64,000 nucleotides of DNA from Reclinomonas americana ATCC 50394 (taxonomy: Eukaryota). Shown one piece after another: positions 1 through 9,711 of this stretch (positions within the stretch are counted from its first letter, which is position 1; the number at the start of each line of letters is the position of its first letter). The position numbers were made by a program, and so were the translations under genes. Below the pieces are notes generated by a model. That model was not told the DNA's origin. It did no database searches and saw nothing but the letters and a program-made list of their open reading frames with translations. The stretch is from the NCBI GenBank assembly GCA_048213135.1, contig PS015010.1, forward strand, positions 930,001-994,000. The letters run 5' to 3'.

Positions 1-1
1 A

Positions 2-970
2 CTGAAGCAGTTTACCGATTCCCTGGAAGCACACCGGGAGGAAATGATGTACTGGGCCATTATAGCGCCGATTGCCGGTTCCTCCGCATTCGTGATCGGT
101 ACGGTATGCCAGATCGTTTGCGATTTTCTCAATACCATCGTATCGCTTCTCTCTTTCGCCTGGAAAGCGATGTCGTTTACAGGCAGGTATGTTTATAATG
201 CAGTGGCCGGTAAGGAGGAAGGGGTGAGCATAGACATATCTGTTATACGGGAACTGGTTCCTGATATTGACCTCGAGAAATTTTTCATGGAAGATATCCC
301 CGTATTCATCGACGAAGTGATGGCTTTTGGAGTAAGACTGGTGAACGACTATGCCGCGAATGCGGAAAAATGGGGAAAAGATACGGGAGACTACATACTT
401 GCCGTTGCAGGCAATTCCTTCAACACTGCGTTCTCACTGTTTTTCGAACCCATGAACCCCAACGATGACATCATTACAAAAGCCTGGTGGGCAGTGAAGC
501 AATGGTATTACATGGGTACGATGATTGGCCCTATGATCGTGGACATTGTACTGTTTTTTTGTTCGGGCTCGGTATCGGGTTATTTTTCAGCTGCCAATAA
601 GCTGGGCAAAGTCACCAAGATCGGGGAACTCTTCAAGGCTTTCGAATATTTTTCAGAACTGAAAAAGCTGTCCATTATCCGCGTGATCGCTTCCAAATGG
701 GAAGAGAGCAAGATACTCAGGGAACTGGTGGAAAAGATCTACAACGCGCTGATCAACCTGGCGCTGGGAGCGGGAGAGAAGCTCCGCACCCTGGTACAGG
801 ACGTTTATAAGATGGTGAGCAAGGCTGATGATATGCCCGAAGTGGAAGTGGTGATGGAAAAAATAGATGAACTCTACGATAAAGCCCAAAATCTCGATTT
901 CTTCCTGGGAACGGTCCTGCTGCTGGCAGGAGCAGAGTTTGACCAGGAGGGTGAACTGACATTAACATGA
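2..970 (+). CDS. Hypothetical membrane-associated protein, 3' part (5' end lies outside the window)
   Basis: Frame is open from position 2 through the 44..970 ORF; hydrophobic helices; stop overlaps next start (ATGA); no family recognised. Confidence 0.7.
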   Translation: MKQFTDSLEAHREEMMYWAIIAPIAGSSAFVIGTVCQIVCDFLNTIVSLLSFAWKAMSFTGRYVYNAVAGKEEGVSIDISVIRELVPDIDLEKFFMEDIPVFIDEVMAFGVRLVNDYAANAEKWGKDTGDYILAVAGNSFNTAFSLFFEPMNPNDDIITKAWWAVKQWYYMGTMIGPMIVDIVLFFCSGSVSGYFSAANKLGKVTKIGELFKAFEYFSELKKLSIIRVIASKWEESKILRELVEKIYNALINLALGAGEKLRTLVQDVYKMVSKADDMPEVEVVMEKIDELYDKAQNLDFFLGTVLLLAGAEFDQEGELTLT

Positions 971-2061
971 GCATAAAAGTAAAACTGGAAAAAATACTGG
1001 CAAGAACGCCCACGCTGAAGATCGTGCTGTCGCCGCATTGTATTGAAGTACTGGAAGGATATTCCCGTTTTGAGCATGTCATCGGCGAAGGATATATAAA
1101 ACTCGGACTCGACCCCGCGAGAAAATCGTGGCTGGAAAAAATATACCTCCAGGCGATAACGGGTTACGATAACCTGCAACCGCTGCAGGTTGTACAGCGG
1201 GATGTACTGGAATTATTGCCGCTACTGGATCTTGACAAGAAAGTGAATATCATCAGGAGCGGGGCGGGGCATGACCTGGTGTTTGATGAACGATCGGTGC
1301 TGATGCTGTATAAAAACCTGCATATCGGTTCGGGAAATACCCGGCACGAATTTGAAGTATTTCTGCGTTACGGGGCCAATGTACATCTTACCGCTTCGCT
1401 GGTGAATGATGCGGATACCATGATCGATAATATACTCCCTGCCGGATTTACCCTGGAAAAAAAGCTGAAGATCGAGTTCGCGCTGGAAGACATTGGGGCC
1501 AAGGGAGAAGTATCATCGATACCCGACCTGGCCATGTATGCCGATATAGACTGGATGAAACAATTGCCGGACCCCGATACTGGTGAGATGAAAAAAGTAT
1601 ACCTTTTTGCCGATGCGTCGAAAAGCCGTACACCAATAACGTTCGACAGTAAATTCGTAGAAAATGTATCAACGCTGCGTGACAGTAAGGTGATCAAGCA
1701 ACAGTTGTCGCAGTTTATTCACAACAGGGGTCTGCTTTTTCTCGACGCCTTCGATAACCTCAGTCACCTGCCAGAAATGGACAGGATGAAAATGGTGACG
1801 GATCATATACCGCAACTGATGCAACATTACGTAATGCTGCCTGCCAATTTCAACATGCAGGATGTAGACATTTCTCTCTTTGTAACCAACGCCAAAGAAC
1901 TTTCAAGATTGTCTTTTACACCCCAACTGGAAGCGATAGGCCTGAAGACAGATGACGAAGCCTTTCAGCTTTTCATGACCGCTATGGATTCGCATATAGA
2001 CAACCATTTCGGTGGCGGCAAATTCCTGTTTATGTCGGATATGGAGCATCCTAAATTATAA
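967..2061 (+). CDS. Hypothetical protein (364 aa)
   Basis: Long ORF translationally coupled to the upstream gene; no recognisable motif. Confidence 0.75.
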   Translation: MSIKVKLEKILARTPTLKIVLSPHCIEVLEGYSRFEHVIGEGYIKLGLDPARKSWLEKIYLQAITGYDNLQPLQVVQRDVLELLPLLDLDKKVNIIRSGAGHDLVFDERSVLMLYKNLHIGSGNTRHEFEVFLRYGANVHLTASLVNDADTMIDNILPAGFTLEKKLKIEFALEDIGAKGEVSSIPDLAMYADIDWMKQLPDPDTGEMKKVYLFADASKSRTPITFDSKFVENVSTLRDSKVIKQQLSQFIHNRGLLFLDAFDNLSHLPEMDRMKMVTDHIPQLMQHYVMLPANFNMQDVDISLFVTNAKELSRLSFTPQLEAIGLKTDDEAFQLFMTAMDSHIDNHFGGGKFLFMSDMEHPKL

Positions 2062-2172
2062 AGCCCCGTTCCGCACTATTTTCCAGTTCTCTTGCCTGCC
2101 TGTAAATACCCTCTGTACGGTATTCTCCTGTTTTGTATTTACCGCTAAGTTTACGGCCTAAACCAGCAACAC

Positions 2173-2640
2173 ATGAAACGTATAATAGTGTATCTTCTTT
2201 TTTTCTGCCTGGCAATACCGGCATCTTCCCAAGCGCAGGACTGCAGCGTACTCAGCCGTACGCAGCTGCGGGAAAAACTGGTGGAAATGGGTTATGAAGT
2301 GATTGACCTGGAAAAGGCGGAGGGCAAACAAAAGTACCAGGTGAACATGTCGGCCAACGGGCTGAATGTTCCCATAGGTTACGAGATCAGCCCCAGCAAT
2401 AATTTCATCTGGCTGACCGTAAACCTGGGCAACCCGCCGGAAGACGGCTCCGCAACCAGCAAAACCCTGCTGAAACAGAATGCCATTATTCAACCCGCCT
2501 TCTTTTATATTACTGAAAAAGGAAGACTGATGATGGGCCTGGCGGTGGAGAACAGGGGTATTACCAATGCCATCCTGAAACGGCACAGTGATTTCATTAG
2601 TAAAAGAGTGGGAGAGACGAAGTCGTACTGGCAACAGTAG
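2173..2640 (+). CDS. Secreted hypothetical protein (possibly YbjN/CesT-like fold)
   Basis: Signal peptide MKRIIVYLLFFCLAIPASSQA; fold guess is tentative. Confidence 0.7.
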   Translation: MKRIIVYLLFFCLAIPASSQAQDCSVLSRTQLREKLVEMGYEVIDLEKAEGKQKYQVNMSANGLNVPIGYEISPSNNFIWLTVNLGNPPEDGSATSKTLLKQNAIIQPAFFYITEKGRLMMGLAVENRGITNAILKRHSDFISKRVGETKSYWQQ

Positions 2641-2642
2641 GT

Positions 2643-2730
2643 CAATTACGAATTTTATCCTGAGCGGAGCGAAGGAACTCGTCTCACATTTCCAAATCCG
2701 CACATTCACACATCCTCACATCCTCACATT
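2643..2730 (+). repeat. REP-like intergenic element, copy 1 (CAATTACGAATTTTATCCTGAGCG..GCGAAGG plus CACAT-rich tail)
   Basis: Same motif at ~20150-20216 (-), ~32671-32830 and ~45006-45083. Confidence 0.7.
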
Positions 2731-3687
2731 GAGGACTCCTTCTTTCGTAATCACTACCGGTTTGATAAACCCCTTTTCATCAAAATACATGTGTTCAATG
2801 CAGGTTTCGCGGGAGTTACCGCTGGTTTCCGTTAAAGGACGGCGGTGATAGATGATGTACCACTCGTCTTTTCCGGGTATCCTGATCACGGAATGATGGC
2901 CGGCACCGTTAGCAATCTTCGTGTCCTGCTGCAGTATTTTGCCGATGCGGGTAAAGGGACCAAAAGGCGAATCGGCCATGGCATAGGCAACGCAGTAATC
3001 GGGGCCTGTCCAGCCGCCTTCCGACCACATAAAATAATATTTGTTGTTGCGGATGAACATAAAGGGGCCTTCCACGTAGCCTTTGGGCGTTATTTCTTTG
3101 AAGGTAGTTCCATCGGCAAAAGGAATGAATCCTGAAAAATCCTTGTTCAGCCGGGCGATATTGCAGTGCTGCCAGCCACCATAAATGAGGTAGTCCTTTC
3201 CATCAGCATCATGAAAAACGAACTGGTCAATGGGTTGTGCGCCATTGTGGAACTGCCCGATCAGCGGTTTGCCGAGATGGTCTTTAAAAGGTCCGCCGGG
3301 GTGTTTGGATACTGCCACGCCAATACCGCCGTATTCATTATCATTCTGAATGTCGTTGGCACCGAAGAAAAGGTAGTACTTCTTTTTTTTCCTGATGATG
3401 GATGGCGCCCACATGGCCCGTTTCGCCCATTTGATGGAGGCGGTATCCAGTATACGTTCGTGTTTGGTCCAGTGCACCAGGTCGGGTGATGAAAAGGCAT
3501 CCAGGAATACCTGTTTGCCGTAAGGCGCCGAATACGTAGGATAGATCCAGAATGTTTTGCCAAACACAACCCCCTCGGGATCTGCATACCAGCCCGGGAA
3601 AAGCGGGTTGCCCGAGTAAGTCTTGTTTTGCGCCGAAACGCTGCTTATCGAAAGGAAAAACAATAATACGAGTGTGGTTCTTTTCAT
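2716..3687 (-). CDS. Glycoside hydrolase family 43 protein
   Basis: Signal peptide; YADP, WAP, PID, VEGP and GHHS motifs of the GH43 five-bladed propeller. Confidence 0.92.
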   Translation of the reverse strand: MKRTTLVLLFFLSISSVSAQNKTYSGNPLFPGWYADPEGVVFGKTFWIYPTYSAPYGKQVFLDAFSSPDLVHWTKHERILDTASIKWAKRAMWAPSIIRKKKKYYLFFGANDIQNDNEYGGIGVAVSKHPGGPFKDHLGKPLIGQFHNGAQPIDQFVFHDADGKDYLIYGGWQHCNIARLNKDFSGFIPFADGTTFKEITPKGYVEGPFMFIRNNKYYFMWSEGGWTGPDYCVAYAMADSPFGPFTRIGKILQQDTKIANGAGHHSVIRIPGKDEWYIIYHRRPLTETSGNSRETCIEHMYFDEKGFIKPVVITKEGVLNVRM

Positions 3688-3790
3688 ACTATCAAAATTA
3701 AAGATTACCGATATTACCTGTTGCCTGGTGGGCTTACATCAGCCCATCTTCAAATCCGCACATTTGCCATATTCGCACATCTTCACATTT

Positions 3791-5638
3791 TCAAATTGTC
3801 ATATCAAACTCCCACACTGTCCTGTAGGCCCCATGTTGTTCCACATAGGTAAGAAACGCATTGTAAAAAGAGTCGGCGCCAATAGTAGCACTGTCTCCAA
3901 TCACAAAGAGCTGTTCTTTGGCACGGGTGATGGCTACATTCATGCGGCGGTAGTCTTTCAGAAAACCGATATCGCCGTCGTCATTGCTGCGCACCAGTGA
4001 AACGATAATGGTATCCTGCTCCTGTCCCTGGAAACTGTCGATGGTACTGATGCGGAGCCCCGCGGGCAGGATGTCTTTAGCAGCAGCCACCTGTCCGGCA
4101 TATGGTGAAATGAAAGCTGTACGGTCAATACCGGATGATGTTTCTTCCAGCAATTGTTTTACAATACGCAGTTCGCCTTCATTCTGCAGGCTGGTGCCAT
4201 CACTTCCGTGTTCTTCATTATAACCCGACCCCGCCGTGTCGATGAAGGTGATGTGTGTACCGGTGTCGTGCAGGTGTTCTGCGCTGCGCAACAGGTGCTG
4301 GTAGAAATAGCCGCCTGAAAACCCGGCGATGGACCGGCGCATGCGGTACTGTGTATCCAGCAGGAAAACGGTACTTACTTTCCCGATCGCTACTTCCAGT
4401 ATAGAACGGTTAAAGCCACGCGACGCGGCCTCATGGCTGAGCACGGTTGGTGGCAGTTGCAGGTGATCACCCGCCAGCACGATCTTTTCCGCCAGCGGGA
4501 ATATGCACCAGGCCAGCGGTTCAATGCATTGCCCCGCCTCATCAATGACGAGGGTGGAAAAATGAAGATGATCCACGCCTGAATCGTACAAGCCTACAGG
4601 TGTACCCAGTATCACCTGCGCTTCGGTAAACAGTTTTTCCTCGTTATAGGCCTGCAGTTGTTTGATCTCGTTGCGTATGCTTTTTACTTCTTTGAACAGC
4701 AGGTTGCGTTGTTCTCTTTCAGCCTTGCCAAAACTGCGTTTGTATTTCAGCGCCATCTTACGGAACTCTTCCGCCCTTATTTTCAGTTGCTTGATCTCTT
4801 TTTGTTCTTTACTGCCGGCCAGTTTGCCTTCCGGCGTATGACTGAACAGCGCCGCATCGGCCTTGCTGGTATTACCTACTCTCAGCAGGCGTACACCGCC
4901 CGGGATAAGACCTTTGGCAATATTGTCAACCGCCGTATTGCTGGGGGCTGACACCAGTACTTTCTCACCCTTTTTAACCAGTTGGGTAATGGCTTCCACA
5001 AGGGTGGTGGTTTTACCGGTACCGGGTGGTCCGTGAACGATCACGATGTCTTCATTGTGCAATACAGCTTGCACGGCATTCTGCTGACTTTCATTCAAAT
5101 TCAGGTTGTAAAAAGAAAGCGGCGTTGTTGTAACAGGGCGGGAAGATATAACAGGTGATGAATCGTCACCGGCGTGCAACTGTTCAAATAAGCGGAAAAC
5201 ATCGCGGTGCTTTTCCAGTTCGTTCAGTGCTTTTTTCATAATGCCCGTCGTCCTGGTATCCGGGGCCAGTTTAATGCCCACATTATCATCCTCTATCCAG
5301 TCGGGAAAATCGGGCGCAAACAAACGGAACTCGCCAGACCTGCCATCGATATTCAGCAATACACCTTTCACGGGTTCTTCCCCGGTGCGGAAACATTCAA
5401 TAGCGGCACCATCCCGGAACAGGCTGACTTCCGGCGGAAAACTGAGTTTGAAACTGATCTCGGGATAATCGGCATAGCCGAAATTCTTACGGGTGATAAT
5501 AAGAGGATGCAGCGCCAAACCCTCTGTCTTAAGCGTTTTGAGCGTATGTTGCTGATCGAGACTGTACCGTTTTACCTGCTCTTTCTCTTCAAGATCGATG
5601 CATTGAAGGAGGAGACTGGCCTGGGAGTGGAGGGGCAA
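3791..5638 (-). CDS. SF1 helicase, DNA2/NAM7 (IGHMBP2/Upf1-like) AAA_11/AAA_12 family
   Basis: HGPPGTGKTT, SAPSNTAVDN, IDEAGQ, GDHLQLPP, QYRM, TIDSFQGQE, RRMNVAITRAK. Confidence 0.92.
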   Translation of the reverse strand: MPLHSQASLLLQCIDLEEKEQVKRYSLDQQHTLKTLKTEGLALHPLIITRKNFGYADYPEISFKLSFPPEVSLFRDGAAIECFRTGEEPVKGVLLNIDGRSGEFRLFAPDFPDWIEDDNVGIKLAPDTRTTGIMKKALNELEKHRDVFRLFEQLHAGDDSSPVISSRPVTTTPLSFYNLNLNESQQNAVQAVLHNEDIVIVHGPPGTGKTTTLVEAITQLVKKGEKVLVSAPSNTAVDNIAKGLIPGGVRLLRVGNTSKADAALFSHTPEGKLAGSKEQKEIKQLKIRAEEFRKMALKYKRSFGKAEREQRNLLFKEVKSIRNEIKQLQAYNEEKLFTEAQVILGTPVGLYDSGVDHLHFSTLVIDEAGQCIEPLAWCIFPLAEKIVLAGDHLQLPPTVLSHEAASRGFNRSILEVAIGKVSTVFLLDTQYRMRRSIAGFSGGYFYQHLLRSAEHLHDTGTHITFIDTAGSGYNEEHGSDGTSLQNEGELRIVKQLLEETSSGIDRTAFISPYAGQVAAAKDILPAGLRISTIDSFQGQEQDTIIVSLVRSNDDGDIGFLKDYRRMNVAITRAKEQLFVIGDSATIGADSFYNAFLTYVEQHGAYRTVWEFDMTI

Positions 5639-5725
5639 AAAATAAAAATTTAAAAGTCAAAATTAAAAATGCAGGTACAAAAGTAGACCTATTGCAAATT
5701 TCGGCCTCCAACTTTTTATTCAGCC

Positions 5726-5962
5726 TTACTTTGCTGCTTTCTTTTTTGTCGCGATTTTCTTTTTAGCTGCGCTTTTTTTAGTCACTGCTTTTTTCCTGGG
5801 TACTTTGGCGCCTGCTTCCCTGGCTTCCGACAACCCAATGGCGATGGCCTGTTTGCGGCTGGTCACTTTTTTACCCGAGCGGCCGCTTCTCAGCGTTCCT
5901 TCTTTCATTTCATGCATCACCTTTTCAACCTTTTCCTGTGCTTTTTTTGAATACATTGCCAT
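5726..5962 (-). CDS. Small basic protein, DUF6496-like
   Basis: KVMHEMKEGTLRSG...KQAIAIGLSEAREAG core plus Lys/Ala tail. Confidence 0.8.
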   Translation of the reverse strand: MAMYSKKAQEKVEKVMHEMKEGTLRSGRSGKKVTSRKQAIAIGLSEAREAGAKVPRKKAVTKKSAAKKKIATKKKAAK

Positions 5963-5997
5963 AGATATTGATTTTTAGATGCGCTTACAGGAAAGGG

Positions 5998-6012
5998 TCA
6001 ATTATCCTGCCA
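5998..6012 (-). promoter_or_regulatory. Sigma54-like -24/-12 element
   Basis: Minus strand TGGCAGGATAATTGA (GG-N10-GA) about 35 bp upstream of the 5962 start. Confidence 0.4.
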
Positions 6013-6032
6013 GAAGTATTCAATTCTTTCCG

Positions 6033-6926
6033 TCATTTTTCATACACCCACATCGTATACTCATGCCGGCGATCGTTTTTACCGTTGTACCCGGAGTACT
6101 GGAGGTAAGTCCTGGCCGGTAAGGGATTGTTGCCTTCATAGCTGTATTCGGTAAAATCATCGTAGCCGGATGAGGTGGTGGTTTGCTTTTTAGTCAGCCT
6201 GCCCAGGGCGTCATAGGTATATTGTACGGTTTTCTGCACTTCCTTGCCATACAGCTGCTGGTAGGTAAGCAACTGTCCAGCGGCGTTGCGGGTAAGTTGT
6301 TCGGTAATGGTACCGGAAGAAGTAATGAACTGGTTCCTGGTGAGTTGTCCCTTGTTATCAAAAAAGAAAAGCCGGCTGCTGTTGAAGTTTTTGCCCATGC
6401 TGCTGGTAGTCGTGATCTTTTTAGGCTGGTTTTTGGCATCGTATTCAAAAACGTCTGCATGATCGGGTTGGCGTTCATAACCGGAGGTGGAGTAATGGTC
6501 CTGCCGTGCAGGCATGTCTTTACTGTTGAATTTTACCTGTGTCTCGTAAACGGGTTTGCGGTAAGGCCCTTCATAGCCCAGGTAAGTAACGAGCCGGCCG
6601 TTGTTGTTGTAGGCAAAAGAATCGGCCTTCAGCAGCTCTCTTTTACGGTTGCTCCAGTTGTATTTATACACGTATTGCGAAGTCAGTTGTCCGTCGGCAG
6701 CATAGTGGCGTATTTCATCCGGTCCTGTGGTATCGATAAGCCGCCCTCTTTCATCAACGCGGTACAGTCTTGCCTGCGTAATGTGCTGGCCTTTGCGGGC
6801 CTGTAAAAAAATGGCGTCCTCCTGGTCGGCCAGGTTCCAGAACTGCACCTGGGCAGCAATACGGTCAGCAGCGCTGAAAAATAAAATACAGCAACAAAAT
6901 AGCAGGCGGTAAAGGGAGGAGGGCAT
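6033..6926 (-). CDS. Secreted YD-repeat-like hypothetical protein
   Basis: Signal peptide; repeated YDxxG-type motifs (YNNNGRL, YDAKNQ, YDALGRL). Confidence 0.75.
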   Translation of the reverse strand: MPSSLYRLLFCCCILFFSAADRIAAQVQFWNLADQEDAIFLQARKGQHITQARLYRVDERGRLIDTTGPDEIRHYAADGQLTSQYVYKYNWSNRKRELLKADSFAYNNNGRLVTYLGYEGPYRKPVYETQVKFNSKDMPARQDHYSTSGYERQPDHADVFEYDAKNQPKKITTTSSMGKNFNSSRLFFFDNKGQLTRNQFITSSGTITEQLTRNAAGQLLTYQQLYGKEVQKTVQYTYDALGRLTKKQTTTSSGYDDFTEYSYEGNNPLPARTYLQYSGYNGKNDRRHEYTMWVYEK

Positions 6927-6985
6927 AATCGTCTTTTTCAGAAAAATAAGATTTTTTCCTAAAATAATGCTGCCCGGGTAATAGG

Positions 6986-7016
6986 AAAAGTGCCCTGTAA
7001 AGGAAGGGCACTTTTT
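6986..7016. terminator. Intrinsic terminator hairpin
   Basis: AAAAGTGCCCT-loop-AGGGCACTTTTT. Confidence 0.6.
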
Positions 7017-7105
7017 ACTACGTTATATGCATATCACTAGTACAGGTATAGTAATACCCATTTACATGTTGAAGGGATGGATGTTTCAACAGGCCTGGTA
7101 AGCCC

Positions 7106-7480
7106 TTAGTTCAGCAGTGCTTCAACGCTGCTGTATACCTGGTTCCTGGTAAATGGTTTTTCCAGGAACACATCAGCCCCGTTCCGGATGGCTTTCCTTG
7201 CGGCCGTGAGGAACCCGGATATCATCATAATACGGGTGCCGGGGTGGAACTGTTTGAGGTAAGCGATGAAATCGAGCCCGAGGCCATCGGGTAATTTATT
7301 GTCGAGAAGGATCAGGGCCGGGGTCTCTTTTTCCAGGTAGTCCATGGCAGCACCGATGCTGTTCACATGGTCGATATCTGTGTATTTGCCTGACAAGATG
7401 ATATTAAAGAGAAGGCAGATGTCGCCTTCATCCTCGATGATCAGTATTTTCTTAGCAGATGATTGTGTATTGGTATTCAT
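7106..7480 (-). CDS. Single-domain response regulator (receiver only)
   Basis: ILIIEDE, LLDNKLPDG and FLEKPF receiver motifs. Confidence 0.9.
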   Translation of the reverse strand: MNTNTQSSAKKILIIEDEGDICLLFNIILSGKYTDIDHVNSIGAAMDYLEKETPALILLDNKLPDGLGLDFIAYLKQFHPGTRIMMISGFLTAARKAIRNGADVFLEKPFTRNQVYSSVEALLN

Positions 7481-7734
7481 AATTCTTGGTTTTACCTCTT
7501 ATGATGCAATTTCTTTACCATTTACATTTTTGCGGGACCGGGGAGGGGTGTTGGGGAATTTTTTGCGGAAAAAGGGCCAACGTTCCACAAAATGGAATAG
7601 CCGGAAATCCGTTATATTGCATCAGCCCGCTCCTCTGCCGGGTAAAAGCCACAAATAGCAAATGATTATGCTTTACCGGATAATAATGCCCGGCATGGCT
7701 GCGTTTGTATCCCGGACAAAATAAATCTATACCG

Positions 7735-8637
7735 ATGATAAAGCAACTTCTTACCGTTTCCTGCATATTACTGACACAAGCGGGCATGGCGCAAACGAAG
7801 GGTATCCTGCCCCTTAACGGCATCCGCTACTCCAGCGAAGGTATATGGGCCAAAAATATCGCTGTTAAGATCGACGGACAACAACTGGTGAGTAACCGGG
7901 TACCGCTGACCAAGGAGATTGCCATATCGGTAGCGCAGCCCACTGGTTTTACTGAAAATGCGAAGGTCATCTATGCAGGCGCTGAATTGTCTGTACTCTC
8001 AGCGAGGGGTGAAGTGCTGATGAAAAATCCTAACATTTTCCTCAAAAATGAGGCTTCGGGTTTTGATACACGTACCGTGAAAGAGCTGGTGGTTAAATTC
8101 GGCATTACGCCGGAGATGCTCCGCGGCAGTAACAATTGTACTGTGGCAGTCCGGTTCTATGATATCAAAGGTAAGGGCCAGTTACGGCTCGATTTTCCTG
8201 TAGCCATTACCCGCCCGGGTGAAGCCCTGCAATTGACCAAAGCCGCTATGCCATTGAATACCAATGATCCTTCTTTTACGGCTATGGCCTGCGGACTTAC
8301 GACCAAAGGCGTGAAAGTTTCCGCTGACACGTCTATTTATGTAGCCCCGAAAATGGCCTATGCAGTACTGGATATTCCCGGTATCAGTGGTCCTAAGCCT
8401 GAAGATGTGCTCAATGGCACGGAAACCTTCTGGGTGTATGATGCCAACATGAATGAAGTGAAAGTAAAAGATATCCTGCTGAAGGAAGTGAAATGGGCAA
8501 TGGAAGGCAGTACCGTCGACTACAGCCTTAAAATACCCTATCGCCTGAAAACGGTTACTGATAAAGGCTATACCGTCCGGTTCCGCTGGGAAAGCGATGA
8601 CAGGAAAAAACTGATTGATGTGGTGGTGAAGAAGTAA
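7735..8637 (+). CDS. Secreted hypothetical protein
   Basis: Signal peptide from MIKQLLTV; beta-rich; no family recognised. Confidence 0.75.
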   Translation: MIKQLLTVSCILLTQAGMAQTKGILPLNGIRYSSEGIWAKNIAVKIDGQQLVSNRVPLTKEIAISVAQPTGFTENAKVIYAGAELSVLSARGEVLMKNPNIFLKNEASGFDTRTVKELVVKFGITPEMLRGSNNCTVAVRFYDIKGKGQLRLDFPVAITRPGEALQLTKAAMPLNTNDPSFTAMACGLTTKGVKVSADTSIYVAPKMAYAVLDIPGISGPKPEDVLNGTETFWVYDANMNEVKVKDILLKEVKWAMEGSTVDYSLKIPYRLKTVTDKGYTVRFRWESDDRKKLIDVVVKK

Positions 8638-8668
8638 ATTTAAAAAGGGAAAGCAAAAATTCAACATC

Positions 8669-8700
8669 AGCCTTGCAGTAATGCAGGGCTTTATTTTTTT
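8669..8700 (+). terminator. Intrinsic terminator
   Basis: AGCCTTGCA-loop-TGCAGGGCT followed by a T tract. Confidence 0.65.
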
Positions 8701-8725
8701 ACTTTTTAATTGTTTTACTGTTTTT

Positions 8726-8733
8726 TATATTTG
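8726..8733 (+). promoter_or_regulatory. Bacteroidota -7 promoter element of tRNA-Pro
   Basis: TATATTTG matches TAnnTTTG, 8 bp before the tRNA. Confidence 0.65.
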
Positions 8734-8741
8734 TCGACCCA

Positions 8742-8815
8742 CGGGATGTAGCGCAGCCCGGTAGCGCGCTTCGTTCGGGACGAAGAGGCCGCTGGTTCGA
8801 ATCCAGTCATCCCGA
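8742..8815 (+). tRNA. tRNA-Pro (anticodon CGG)
   Basis: Acceptor stem CGGGATG/CATCCCG, anticodon arm CTTCG-TTCGGGA-CGAAG, T-loop GGTTCGAATCC; CCA not encoded. Confidence 0.97.
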
Positions 8816-8955
8816 CTTAAATCAGCCTGCGGCTGATTTTTTTGTAACCGCGGAGAAACGAAGAACGCGGAGAAAAATAATAAGACTTCGCGTTAACGCT
8901 GCGCTCTTTTGTTCTTTGCGGTAAATTAATCAGCCACAGGCTGATTTCAATTTTC

Positions 8956-9501
8956 TCAGCTATCACAGTACTTTTCAACCAGTTCCTTTCGCATCGCTAC
9001 AGTACGTTTGCTGCGTGCCTTGCGCAACAGCAGGGGTGTGATGAGTCCAAAGAAACCGGGTACACGTGTATCAGACAGATCAAGCAGGATGGCCATATGT
9101 GCCAGTTTGTTCGGCCTGCCGGTTTTGTTGGTCAGTCCGTCGGCCGCCAGGCCATAAACAATGCCCAGGCTTTGCAGGAAATTGATATTCGAAGGGGCAA
9201 TCTTCACACGAAAGCGGATGATGCCGTCGCCCGGGTTGAAAAAGCAATGCATTTCTCCTTTTTCAATGGTGGCCGTGCTGCCCGGTTTCAGTTCCAGTTT
9301 TTGTTTTCCTTTCACTACTCCAAGTGTTCCTTCCACGGGAATGAAGGTTTCGCTGAAACTGGTGTGGTAATGTAAACTGTTACCGCCGGCCGGATCGAGC
9401 TCCACTTCCAGCAGGTCGTAGGCACCGCTGGTTTCCTTACCGGTTTCAAGAATGGTCACCCTGTCTTTAAAGCAGGGGTTGATCAAAATCTGTTTGTTCA
9501 T
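8956..9501 (-). CDS. Cupin domain protein
   Basis: HYH...E and GEMHCF cupin motifs; start taken at MNKQILINP. Confidence 0.85.
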   Translation of the reverse strand: MNKQILINPCFKDRVTILETGKETSGAYDLLEVELDPAGGNSLHYHTSFSETFIPVEGTLGVVKGKQKLELKPGSTATIEKGEMHCFFNPGDGIIRFRVKIAPSNINFLQSLGIVYGLAADGLTNKTGRPNKLAHMAILLDLSDTRVPGFFGLITPLLLRKARSKRTVAMRKELVEKYCDS

Positions 9502-9553
9502 GGCTTTTTTTTGCAAAACTGCACCCGGGGCGGAAGAGGAGTAAGCGGACTGG

Positions 9554-9588
9554 GTATGAGTTGCCGGATCGGCTGTATGAAATGCCTG
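9554..9588 (-). promoter_or_regulatory. Direct repeats, possibly a LytTR-type binding site upstream of the cupin gene
   Basis: GTATGAGTTGCC / GTATGAAATGCC with 21-bp period. Confidence 0.35.
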
Positions 9589-9711
9589 GCAAAGATCTTT
9601 CCGCCGTAAATTGCCGTAAGTATCAACAAAAAGCCTAAGGTTTTGTTGAATTGATGAACGATGCGGGCAACGGTATAATTATTGCGGTGCAGGCGTCAAA
9701 AACCAGTAAAT

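Noticed and set aside
6033-6926. RHS/polymorphic toxin
   Set aside because: Only 297 aa, no RHS core signature, no toxin tip or immunity gene.
8742-8815. tRNA-Pro as attachment site of an integrated element
   Set aside because: No integrase nearby and I saw no duplicate of the tRNA 3' end in the window.
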